Notes under the pieces: model-generated
Told to the model about the DNA's origin: nothing
Databases searched by the model: none
What the model saw: only the letters and a program-made list of their open reading frames with translations
Shown: piece after piece, positions 7,781 through 15,425 of the stretch
How the letters are laid out: each line of letters starts with the position of its first letter
How positions within the stretch are numbered: position 1 is the first letter of the stretch
Made by a program: the position numbers and the translations under genes
Source of the DNA: a virus
Taxonomy: Duplodnaviria > Caudoviricetes
DNA length: 25,050 nt
Direction: 5' to 3' (one strand)
IMG/VR virus record: IMGVR_UViG_3300046817_000395
Location: 1 to 25,050 of that record

Positions 7781-9064
7781 GCGGCGCTGACCGCGATCGA
7801 GGAGCTGATCCGCGACAAGCATGTTCGCAACGTCCTGGTGATCGCACCGAAGCGTGTTGCCAGGATGGTATGGCCGGACGAGATCAAGCTGTGGGCGCAC
7901 ACCGCCGGGCTGACCTACCAGGTGATCACCGGCACGCCACGGCAGCGTGCCGACATGCTGGCCGACTCCACCGTGTTTAAGATCAACATTCTCGGCATCG
8001 ACGTCGTCGATTGGTTGTTGTCGGAGCTGACCAAATACCCCGATGACCATCCTTTGTTTGATCTGCTGATCATCGACGAGGTGTCGAAGCTGCGCGATCC
8101 CTCTGGCGTGCGAGCTCGGATGCTGCTCCGACACGCCAAGCGGTGGCGCATGATCTGGGGCCTGACCGGAACGCTACGGCCGTCCGGTGTCGCCGATCTG
8201 TTTATGCCGGCCACGGTGATAACCCGCGGAAAAATTTGGGGCCGATCGTTTTATAGCTGGCGCAAGGCGCGGTTCTATCCGGTTGACTACCAGGGCTACC
8301 AGTGGGCGCCGCTGCCGGGAGCGGAGGAACTGATCCACAAGGAAATCGCACCGCTGTGCGTCACCTTGCGCGACGACGAGCTGCCGCAGCTGCCAGAGCT
8401 TTCGATCCTGTTTGACCGCGTCCAGTTGCCGGCCAGCGCCCGTAAGCAATACAACGATATGGAGGAGCATCTGTTGCTTCGTAATGGCGACGAGACGGTC
8501 CTCGCTGCCTCGGCTGCAGTGGCAACTGGCAAGCTCGCTCAGATCGCCAACGGCTTCGTCTACGACGATGGTACGACGAGCACCATCCACTCGGAGAAGG
8601 AGGAGTGGGCGCAGGATATCATCGACAGTGCCGCGGGGCCGGTGTTGTTCATCTACGAATATCGCGAGGACTTGCGAATGCTGCGTCGGTTGCTCGGCGA
8701 AGATCTGCCGTACCTCGGTGATGGGGTCACCGACAAAACATCTGATCACAACATCACCCTATGGAATGAGGGCAAGTTGCCGTTCATGGCAATCCATCCA
8801 GCATCAGGCGGCCACGGCCTGAATCTCCAGTTCGGCGGTTGCGACATGGCCTGGATCAGCCCCACCTGGTCACCAGAAATGTGGGAACAAACGATCGCCA
8901 GGCTGCATCGTTCCGGGCAGACCAAGCCGGTGGTGGTCCGCGTCTGCGTAGCCGATGGCACTGTCGACCAGATGAAGATCGATCGCGTGCATAAAAAGAT
9001 GACGGCGCAGCAAGCGTTCGAGGCCTATTTGCGCCGTCATCAAGGAGTAAAGGAGGACGTCTAA
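7673..9064 (+). CDS. SNF2-like superfamily 2 DNA helicase
   Basis: LRAYQ Q-motif, PGSGKT, VLVIAP, IIDEVS, GLTGT, HPASGGHGLNLQ, QTIARLHRSGQ. Confidence 0.95.
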   Translation: MQNKSELRAYQNRIATSLYESDEKIAVARPGSGKTIAALTAIEELIRDKHVRNVLVIAPKRVARMVWPDEIKLWAHTAGLTYQVITGTPRQRADMLADSTVFKINILGIDVVDWLLSELTKYPDDHPLFDLLIIDEVSKLRDPSGVRARMLLRHAKRWRMIWGLTGTLRPSGVADLFMPATVITRGKIWGRSFYSWRKARFYPVDYQGYQWAPLPGAEELIHKEIAPLCVTLRDDELPQLPELSILFDRVQLPASARKQYNDMEEHLLLRNGDETVLAASAAVATGKLAQIANGFVYDDGTTSTIHSEKEEWAQDIIDSAAGPVLFIYEYREDLRMLRRLLGEDLPYLGDGVTDKTSDHNITLWNEGKLPFMAIHPASGGHGLNLQFGGCDMAWISPTWSPEMWEQTIARLHRSGQTKPVVVRVCVADGTVDQMKIDRVHKKMTAQQAFEAYLRRHQGVKEDV

Positions 9065-9068
9065 GCAT

Positions 9069-9344
9069 CTATAGATTAGCAGCTTTCTCCAGGTTCAGCA
9101 CCAATTGCTCGTCGAAAGCATTCTTGGCGCTGATCTTGTGATTTACCAAGGTGTCCGCGATCTGCTTGTTGAGATCGAACAGCTGATCGCGGGTAACCCT
9201 GTACCGAGTATGCTTGGTGCCGTCGTTGAGATTGAGGATGGGGTCTTCGTTATCGGGGAGGGTTAGATAAACAAAACGTAGGCCAGGCTCCTTTTGCATG
9301 GTGGACCTCTTGGTTCGTCGCTTACGTTTTAACTGAACCACCAT
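9069..9344 (-). CDS. Hypothetical protein
   Basis: 91-aa ORF, AAGGA upstream, last gene of the leftward operon. Confidence 0.65.
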   Translation of the reverse strand: MVVQLKRKRRTKRSTMQKEPGLRFVYLTLPDNEDPILNLNDGTKHTRYRVTRDQLFDLNKQIADTLVNHKISAKNAFDEQLVLNLEKAANL

Positions 9345-9567
9345 CAGCGATTTCCTTCAATGTGAGTCTGGCGATAGTCGCACATTCATCGGACTCGACG
9401 TCTGTCTTGGCTGCAATTTCTACCAGTGCGTCGTGCATCTTTAGATTTTCGCGCCCCAAGTTGAGTAGCGCGGTCTGAGCCGTTTCGATGTGTTTTTGTA
9501 TTTCGCCAACGGCGCTATGGATGTCGCCTATCCGTAGACGATCGAAGACACTGAATTCAGTCATCAT
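9322..9567 (-). CDS. Hypothetical protein (helical)
   Basis: ATGA overlap with the methyltransferase stop. Confidence 0.65.
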   Translation of the reverse strand: MMTEFSVFDRLRIGDIHSAVGEIQKHIETAQTALLNLGRENLKMHDALVEIAAKTDVESDECATIARLTLKEIADGGSVKT

Positions 9568-10136
9568 GCTTCATCCCGGTGCAGCCATCGCATTTCTGGT
9601 TGGCCGTTATACCCATGCTCGAATACCAACCAACAATAGTCCGACTTGCCGCCGCCCACCTTGCCCTTGTTCATGATGACATGGCCCGGCGGCATTGACG
9701 GCCGCGGGGTCAGCAGCCAGACGCGCCGCAGCGGCGAACCCACTAGCCAGCGGGCGGCGTTGAGCCGCGCGGTCGGCATGATCAGCGCCACCTTCATTCC
9801 ACTGTGCGTCAGCGCGTGAATGGCGAATTCTCTGAAAATATCGAATGGTGGATTTGACACGATGTTGTCGTGTACGTCGGTGCTCTTCAGGAAGTCTTTC
9901 GGCTTGAAGATGTTGACATAACCGTGGCGGTCGACGATATCGCAGCCGCCGGCGTCGAGGTCGGCGGCTTGAGCTGACGCTACAATCCGGCCGAAGCCGC
10001 AGGCCGGGTCGTAGATCCCGCCGATGAATTTCTCTTCCTCGAACAGCCGCTCGCTGACCCAGAACGGCTCGACGTAGTGCTCGTCGACCCGGGGATAGGC
10101 TGCGGCGCCGGCAGTGTGGGTCCAGGGCTGGCTCAT
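9564..10136 (-). CDS. Orphan DNA N6-adenine methyltransferase
   Basis: Motif I YDPACGFG, GCDIVD, DFL, motif IV VSNPPF; GAGGA RBS and ATGA overlap at 10136. Confidence 0.85.
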   Translation of the reverse strand: MSQPWTHTAGAAAYPRVDEHYVEPFWVSERLFEEEKFIGGIYDPACGFGRIVASAQAADLDAGGCDIVDRHGYVNIFKPKDFLKSTDVHDNIVSNPPFDIFREFAIHALTHSGMKVALIMPTARLNAARWLVGSPLRRVWLLTPRPSMPPGHVIMNKGKVGGGKSDYCWLVFEHGYNGQPEMRWLHRDEA

Positions 10137-10447
10137 GTGATGTCCTCGTTCCATTGCCATTTGCCGTCGACCCATTTGCCGTTCACCGGATCGGCGCATT
10201 CGACCGCGCGGACGGCATCAGCCGAGGTCCAGCGCGCTTCCAGGTCGCGGGCGTAAGCTATTGCTTCTGCTTCGGTTTCGCAGCGTATCGCGTTGTCGTA
10301 CCATTTCGGGTCGTTGTGAACGCGCACCTCTGGTTTCCATGACATGTTGGGGTTCCTGTAACTGTAAGATCTTCGATCGATTTCATTGCCGGCGGCGTCC
10401 CAGACGACGGCGTCGACAACATGCACGGTCCGGCCGGCGAGGTTCAC
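10133..10447 (-). CDS. Hypothetical phage protein (alternative start 10345, MSWKPEV)
   Basis: GTGA overlap; SWKPEV...WYDNAIR..T.AEA..Y..DL..RW....R.VE..DPVN pattern recalled from small phage proteins. Confidence 0.75.
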   Translation of the reverse strand: MNLAGRTVHVVDAVVWDAAGNEIDRRSYSYRNPNMSWKPEVRVHNDPKWYDNAIRCETEAEAIAYARDLEARWTSADAVRAVECADPVNGKWVDGKWQWNEDIT

Positions 10448-10764
10448 TGCGGCCCGCCGACCACATGATCCTCGACGCGGGCGATCGCGATCTCCATGGC
10501 GCGAATCGTCTCTTCACCTTCGGTGACGAGCCTCATGAAAGTCGACATGTGGGCTTCGGCCCGCGCCCGGGCCTCGACGATGGTCTTCTCCAGCGAATCC
10601 AGCTGCTCGCGCATTCCCGTTACGCGCGACATGGCGTGGGCATGGACATCGGCCATGGCGGCCGCGGCCCGGTTGATGACCTGGTCCGCTACTGCCAATG
10701 ATTGTGTTGACGGCTCGGTCAGTTCGTTGGCCAGTTTCTTCAATGTTTCGGATTGTTCGTTCAT
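10444..10764 (-). CDS. Hypothetical coiled-coil protein
   Basis: AAGGAG RBS, ATGA overlap with the Cro-like stop, heptad-rich. Confidence 0.7.
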   Translation of the reverse strand: MNEQSETLKKLANELTEPSTQSLAVADQVINRAAAAMADVHAHAMSRVTGMREQLDSLEKTIVEARARAEAHMSTFMRLVTEGEETIRAMEIAIARVEDHVVGGPQ

Positions 10765-10991
10765 CTTGATCTCCTTCTTTTGGGTGGGACTCGCATCGGC
10801 CATAGGTAGTCGGGCGCGTCGGCGCCGATATTCATAAGTTCGTCCTTGATCAGACGGTAAGTATCTGCCGGGAATTGCTTATCTGCCCGCCAGTTATAGA
10901 CGCCGTTGATCGATGTGCCGGTCAGCTCCGACATCGCGTCGATGCCGCCCAGCGCGGTGATCACTTCCGCCGTGGTTTTGAGATGTGTCAT
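10761..10991 (-). CDS. Cro-like HTH transcriptional regulator
   Basis: EVITALGGIDAMSELTGTSINGVYNWR...FP is the Cro/YdaS-like HTH pattern; first gene of the leftward operon. Confidence 0.8.
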   Translation of the reverse strand: MTHLKTTAEVITALGGIDAMSELTGTSINGVYNWRADKQFPADTYRLIKDELMNIGADAPDYLWPMRVPPKRRRSR

Positions 10992-10996
10992 GAACC

Positions 10997-11058
10997 GTAC
11001 CTAGTTCAATTTTTCTGAGTAGGCAAGTGTTGCAACTCAGAAAAATTGAAGGTACGCT
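10997..11058. promoter_or_regulatory. Back-to-back sigma70-like promoters whose spacers form a perfect 16-bp inverted repeat (putative operators)
   Basis: TTCAATTTTTCTGAGT (11005-11020) and ACTCAGAAAAATTGAA (11035-11050). Rightward TTGCAA-N17-TACGCT; leftward TTGCCT-N17-TAGGTA. Confidence 0.7.
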
Positions 11059-11098
11059 GACCTTGGTATACCAACTACCAAACCTAGGAGTTACGCCT

Positions 11099-11740
11099 AT
11101 GAGACGTTTTCTTGTGGCGGCCGCGCTGGTCTGCGCCGCCGCCACGGCTTCCCGTGCTGACATCATCCTCGACACCACAGGTATCGGCGGTACTGGCACC
11201 AACGTCACCTTCGAGAGTGTTGCCAGCTCCAACCTGATCCTTGGCCGCCTCAACGGTCAGAACAACGAAGTCGTTCGCTTCCGCGATCTGTCCGGCAACG
11301 GTGCCTTCACGGGTGCTGCCAACGGCAACGACATCAAGATCTTCAACACCAGCGATCTTGATATTTCGGTATTCAACAGCCTCAACCTTACTCAGCTGGG
11401 TGTCACCAGGGATGTCTTTTCCATCGTTGGGACCGGCACTGTGCTGTTTCATGTGACGGCGCTGGAGAGCAACGGCACTTTCCAGAACTTTAATTTCAGC
11501 AGCGTTCTGACGAACGGCCAGAACGGCTTCGACTTCAAGGCCATCAACGGCGAGAAGATCTGGGACATGGATCTTGTCGTAGCCGGTGGTAGCATTACTG
11601 ACTTCGAACATTTCCGCATCGACGTGGCTCCGGCCGCGGCGGTGCCGTTGCCGATCGCAGGCGCCGGGTTGCCAGGTTTAGTAGCTGCGTTGTGTGGATT
11701 AGTAGCGTTGCGTCAGCGGCGTCGGCGTAGTGTAGCCTGA
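11099..11740 (+). CDS. Secreted PEP-CTERM-class (VPLP/GAGLPG-type) exosortase-target surface protein
   Basis: AGGAG RBS; signal peptide MRRFLVAAALVCAAATASRA; N/G/T/F-rich beta body; C-terminal VPLPIAGAGLPGLVAALCGLVAL-RQRRRR (motif, TM helix, basic cluster). Confidence 0.88.
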   Translation: MRRFLVAAALVCAAATASRADIILDTTGIGGTGTNVTFESVASSNLILGRLNGQNNEVVRFRDLSGNGAFTGAANGNDIKIFNTSDLDISVFNSLNLTQLGVTRDVFSIVGTGTVLFHVTALESNGTFQNFNFSSVLTNGQNGFDFKAINGEKIWDMDLVVAGGSITDFEHFRIDVAPAAAVPLPIAGAGLPGLVAALCGLVALRQRRRRSVA

Positions 11741-11763
11741 TCGTACTGGCTGATCGGGTGAAC

Positions 11764-11804
11764 GGGGCCGCGTCACGGCGGGTGTCGGGCGCGGCCTTTA
11801 ATTT
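11764..11804 (+). terminator. Possible intrinsic terminator
   Basis: GGCCGCG (11766-11772) pairs with CGCGGCC (11790-11796), followed by TTTAATTT; the loop is long. Confidence 0.4.
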
Positions 11805-11873
11805 ATGCCAACCAGAACATGGCCATATGTCACCCGCAGTGAATGGCTGGCGCAGCAGAAAGCGAGAAGGCAC

Positions 11874-12089
11874 ATGAGTGAATTCAAGTTGTACCGGCGT
11901 AAGAACCTGGCCGAGATCCGGCCTTATGTTGATGGCGAGGCGCTGACCGGCGTCGCGATTTCCGCTGTCGACAAGATGGCGGGTTCGCCCAAAGTCGGCG
12001 ATATGATCGCGCGCAATCCCAAAGACTACGGCGACAAGTGGCTGCTGGCGAAGCAGTACTTCGACGACAACTTCGAGCCGCTGCCGTGA
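11874..12089 (+). CDS. Conserved-looking small phage protein
   Basis: FKLYRRKNLAEIRPYV...SPKVGDMIARNPKD..DKWL.AKQYFDDNFE; GAAGG upstream; alternative in-frame start at 11805. Confidence 0.75.
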   Translation: MSEFKLYRRKNLAEIRPYVDGEALTGVAISAVDKMAGSPKVGDMIARNPKDYGDKWLLAKQYFDDNFEPLP

Positions 12090-12361
12090 GCACCTGGGAC
12101 GACAAGCCGAACGACTACGAGCATGCGGCAGCGCAGCTCGTCCAGTGCCAACTGCAGCTGGAGAACGCCGGCTACACTCTTGAGAAGCAGTGGCAGGACA
12201 TCATGGTGCTGAAGGATGAGGTGCTCCAGGCCAAGGCCGAGAGCAGCGCCAAGCGGGTTGTTATCGTCCGCTTGCTCGACGCGCTGTCAGAGATTGAGAA
12301 CACGCCGGACTGTACGCCGGCGATCGTCGACATCATCCACAAGGCGATTGCGGTGACATGA
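12086..12361 (+). CDS. Hypothetical coiled-coil protein
   Basis: GTGA overlap with the upstream stop; GC-rich third codon positions. Confidence 0.65.
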   Translation: MSTWDDKPNDYEHAAAQLVQCQLQLENAGYTLEKQWQDIMVLKDEVLQAKAESSAKRVVIVRLLDALSEIENTPDCTPAIVDIIHKAIAVT

Positions 12362-12471
12362 AGAATCTCTGGTCGGCGCTGCAGATCCCCGAAGTGTTTG
12401 GTTTTGCCCTCGGCGTCTGCGCCAGCCTGGCGGTGATAAGTCTGATAGTAATATTAGCAGTGTGGTTATGA
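12358..12471 (+). CDS. Small single-pass membrane protein (37 aa)
   Basis: Below the ORF-track cutoff; ATGA overlap; MKNLWSALQIPEVFGFALGVCASLAVISLIVILAVWL. Confidence 0.55.
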   Translation: MKNLWSALQIPEVFGFALGVCASLAVISLIVILAVWL

Positions 12472-12599
12472 TCGGCATCCTTGTGCGGCTGTACCAAGGC
12501 GTCATGGACGCTCGCAGGGCCGAGAAACGGTCGCTCTCTCTCTGCGATACACTCGCCACTAACCAGGTTGAAAAACCGAAAAAATTTTTGGCGGTCTAA
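12468..12599 (+). CDS. Possible 43-aa hypothetical protein
   Basis: ATGA overlap; MIGILVRLYQGVMDARRAEKR...KFLAV; its stop overlaps the stop of the convergent gene. Confidence 0.3.
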   Translation: MIGILVRLYQGVMDARRAEKRSLSLCDTLATNQVEKPKKFLAV

Positions 12600-15424
12600 T
12601 CGAATCCCCCGATCGCGCCCATAGGAACTTCGGGCGCCCCGCCGCCCCAGTCGAGGCCAGCGCCGATGCTGCCACCGCCCCAGCCCCAGCTGCCTAGGGT
12701 CTGCAACGGTATCGGTGACAGCCCCATGCCGGAGCCCGCCGTCGCCGCGGTCTGATCCAGCAGCGGCGTCGAGTAGGTGCTGTTCTGGATCGGCGGCAGC
12801 ATGCCGGCCATGGCGATGCCGCCGCCCTGGCTGCCCGGTGCGCCGGTCGGCAGCGCCCCGGTCGGGATCGAGCTCAAACCTGCAGGCGCCAGCGACAGCC
12901 CGCCGTTGCCTGGTCCGGGCGTCGGGGCGACGGGCTGTCCTGGCAGCACCGGCATTGCCCCGGCTGAAGGGGGTGCCGCCGGTGCCTGCTCTTCAATCTT
13001 GACGGCATCCTCCAGCGCCCTGGCGATGCCCGGCGTGATCTGCGGCTGTTGTTCGGTCCGCGGGTCTGGCTGTGGCAGCGGTACCTGTTCGCCCGGCGCC
13101 GGCGCCGATGACTGCGCTGGTGCCGCTTCCGGCGCCGCGGTTGGTGCCGGGGTGCGGCCGCGCGAGCTGAAGTCGGTAGCCTCGGAGGTGCCAAGGTCGC
13201 TGCGCTTGCCGAGCGTGGTCGGCTTCGGCTGGCCTTCCTTCACGGCCTGGTCGAATTGCTGCGGGGTGATGCCGGCCTTGCCCAGATTCTCCTTGGCCTT
13301 TGATGTGGCCATGCCGCCGTACATCGGGTGCTTCATGGCTTCGCGGAGGGTCATCTTGTCACCCAGGAACATCTTCACCTGGGCGGCTTCGGAGGCCGAG
13401 CTTTTCTTGGCTAGTTCGTAGACCGAGGTGTCGAGCAGCGCGTGCGCCGGGTTGACCGGCGGCGCCGCAGGCTTCGGCGGCGGCGCTGGCGGCGCCGGCT
13501 TTGCCGCCACTGCAACAGGGGGAGCTGCTACGGGGGGCGGGACCGGCGCCGCCGCTGCCGGAGCCGGGGTTGAGGGGACGGCCACGGAAGCTGGGGGCGC
13601 AGAAGGTGGTGTGTTTTGCGCCGGGGTAGGCTCCGGCTGCAAGGGTTCTTCTCCAGACGGACCAAGCTGCTGTGAAGAAGCCTGTGGAGCAACCGTGGCA
13701 TCGGCCTTGGGGGGCTCCGCAGCCGATGCCGCCGGTGTCACAGGCTGTGCCGCGGCCTGTGCAGGAGCTTGTGTAGAAGCCGGTGCAGTGGCTGTTGGTT
13801 CCGCGGCCGGAGCCGCGGTCGGCTTGGCCAGGGCGGCCTGGGTATTGGCCAGCCATTTCTTGTTGTTCGCCACCGTGCCGGCGCCGTGGACCTCCGGGTG
13901 CTGGTCCTTGATGAAGAATTCGTTGCCGCCGACCTTGCCCACGCTGGTGGAATTGGTCCGGGACTTGTCCGCGCTGGTGCTGCTGGCGAAGTCGGTCGCC
14001 AGCTTGGCATAGTTGGTGCCGCGCTTGTGGGCCTGGTCGATCTCGCCGAACAGCTGCTTGCGGAATTCCGGGTCGGACTTCACCTTAGCCAACGCGGCAT
14101 CGTACTTGGCCCGCTGCGCCGGGTCGTTCATGGCTTGGTAGTACTTCGGATCGATCACATCGCTGACCGGCCGGCCGTTGGCGACGATGCGGTTGGCGGC
14201 TGCCTCATGCACGGCGATGCGGCCTTCCCTGGAATTGTTATCTTCGGTGTAGGCCGCCGCGGCCATTTGCTCTTTGGCCGATGGATTGCTGTCGAGGTAC
14301 TGCGCAACGGGCTTGCGCTGCTCGGCCAGCACGGCGCTGCCGCCTTGCCGCGGCTGCGCGCCGGTGGCTGGTGCCGCGGCTGGTGCCGCGCCTGGAGCTG
14401 CCGCGGCTGGTGCCGCGCCTGGAGCTGCCGCGGCCGGTGTCGTCATTGTCGGCTTGCCGGCCGCCATCGGTGGCTTGCCGGCCAGGCCGCCGGTGTTTGC
14501 TGTCAGACCCGGGAATAGCTTGGCCTGCTGTGGCGTTAGGCCGGTCTTCCACGACCCGCCGGCCATGCCGATACGGTCACCGGCGAAGTCGTGGTGCATC
14601 TGGTCGAGCGAACCGTACTTGGAGGTGTCGCCGGAGAAGTAGCCACCCCAGCGGTGTTTGGCGGCCAGTTCGGGATAGTTGGCTTCCAGGTACTGGTGGT
14701 AGCCGTTGGCGTAGTCCTGGTAGGCCGCGAACGTCTTCGGATCATTGGTCCGGTAGTTCTCCAGAGCCTTACCCGTGCTCTTATCGATCAACTGCATGTC
14801 GAAGGCATTGCCGCGGCCGTGTTCGCGCGGGTCGCCGGGGCGGTTGCCGGAGGTGAACTGTGCGGTGTGCGCGCCGTCCGCCTTGCTGTTGTAGATCTGC
14901 GCCCACTCTTTGGCCGATTGCGCGATCTGCGGATTGACGCCGGCCAAGTCGTTACCCCTGGCCAGGGATGTATTGCCGGACAGCCTGGCTCGGTTGGTGC
15001 CGGGCGGCGCTGCGGCCGTTGGCGACGCGGGGCCGACCGGCCCCTGCTGTCGCTGCTGGTTGCGGAGCATCTGTTGCAGCGCACTGTCCGAGGCGCCCTT
15101 GAATATGGCGCCGAGCGTGGCGCCGGTGCCGTCGTCGGCCTGGCCGTGCGGCGCTAGTGACGCCGTCATCCGGCCGGCCAGGGTCGGCACCTGGAGTGGG
15201 GTGGCCTCGTCGACCTTGATCTTGCCCAGTCCGCCACCCTTGAGCAGCCCTTCCAGCACCTGGGTGGTCTGGCTTGGCGGCGTGCCTGGCGGGATCACAC
15301 CCAAGCTGATGCCGAGCTGGTGCATGGCTGCCGTGGTGTCGGCGCCAAACATCGGCGTCTTGCCGGCGATCATGGCTTGCCTGGACTTCTCCCGCTCCAA
15401 GGCCATTTCGTCCATGTAGGCCAT
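12596..15424 (-). CDS. Large internal virion/ejection protein with probable M15-type peptidase and SleB-like (Hydrolase_2) domains
   Basis: TSGNR..EHGRGNAFD...RWGG...DQMH; AAYTED..EGRIAV.EAAANR...VSDVI...ATDF...VGGNEFF; long Pro/Ala linkers; last gene of the virion operon. Confidence 0.75.
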   Translation of the reverse strand: MAYMDEMALEREKSRQAMIAGKTPMFGADTTAAMHQLGISLGVIPPGTPPSQTTQVLEGLLKGGGLGKIKVDEATPLQVPTLAGRMTASLAPHGQADDGTGATLGAIFKGASDSALQQMLRNQQRQQGPVGPASPTAAAPPGTNRARLSGNTSLARGNDLAGVNPQIAQSAKEWAQIYNSKADGAHTAQFTSGNRPGDPREHGRGNAFDMQLIDKSTGKALENYRTNDPKTFAAYQDYANGYHQYLEANYPELAAKHRWGGYFSGDTSKYGSLDQMHHDFAGDRIGMAGGSWKTGLTPQQAKLFPGLTANTGGLAGKPPMAAGKPTMTTPAAAAPGAAPAAAAPGAAPAAAPATGAQPRQGGSAVLAEQRKPVAQYLDSNPSAKEQMAAAAYTEDNNSREGRIAVHEAAANRIVANGRPVSDVIDPKYYQAMNDPAQRAKYDAALAKVKSDPEFRKQLFGEIDQAHKRGTNYAKLATDFASSTSADKSRTNSTSVGKVGGNEFFIKDQHPEVHGAGTVANNKKWLANTQAALAKPTAAPAAEPTATAPASTQAPAQAAAQPVTPAASAAEPPKADATVAPQASSQQLGPSGEEPLQPEPTPAQNTPPSAPPASVAVPSTPAPAAAAPVPPPVAAPPVAVAAKPAPPAPPPKPAAPPVNPAHALLDTSVYELAKKSSASEAAQVKMFLGDKMTLREAMKHPMYGGMATSKAKENLGKAGITPQQFDQAVKEGQPKPTTLGKRSDLGTSEATDFSSRGRTPAPTAAPEAAPAQSSAPAPGEQVPLPQPDPRTEQQPQITPGIARALEDAVKIEEQAPAAPPSAGAMPVLPGQPVAPTPGPGNGGLSLAPAGLSSIPTGALPTGAPGSQGGGIAMAGMLPPIQNSTYSTPLLDQTAATAGSGMGLSPIPLQTLGSWGWGGGSIGAGLDWGGGAPEVPMGAIGGFD
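14373..14434. repeat. 27-bp coding tandem repeat (about 2.3 copies; AAAAPGAAP)
   Basis: GCCGCGGCTGGTGCCGCGCCTGGAGCT at 14373 and 14400, then a partial copy. Confidence 0.9.
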
Positions 15425-15425
15425 G

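Noticed and set aside
7180-10136. HNH plus methyltransferase as a restriction-modification pair
   Set aside because: They lie in opposite operons about 2 kb apart, and the HNH is of homing type.
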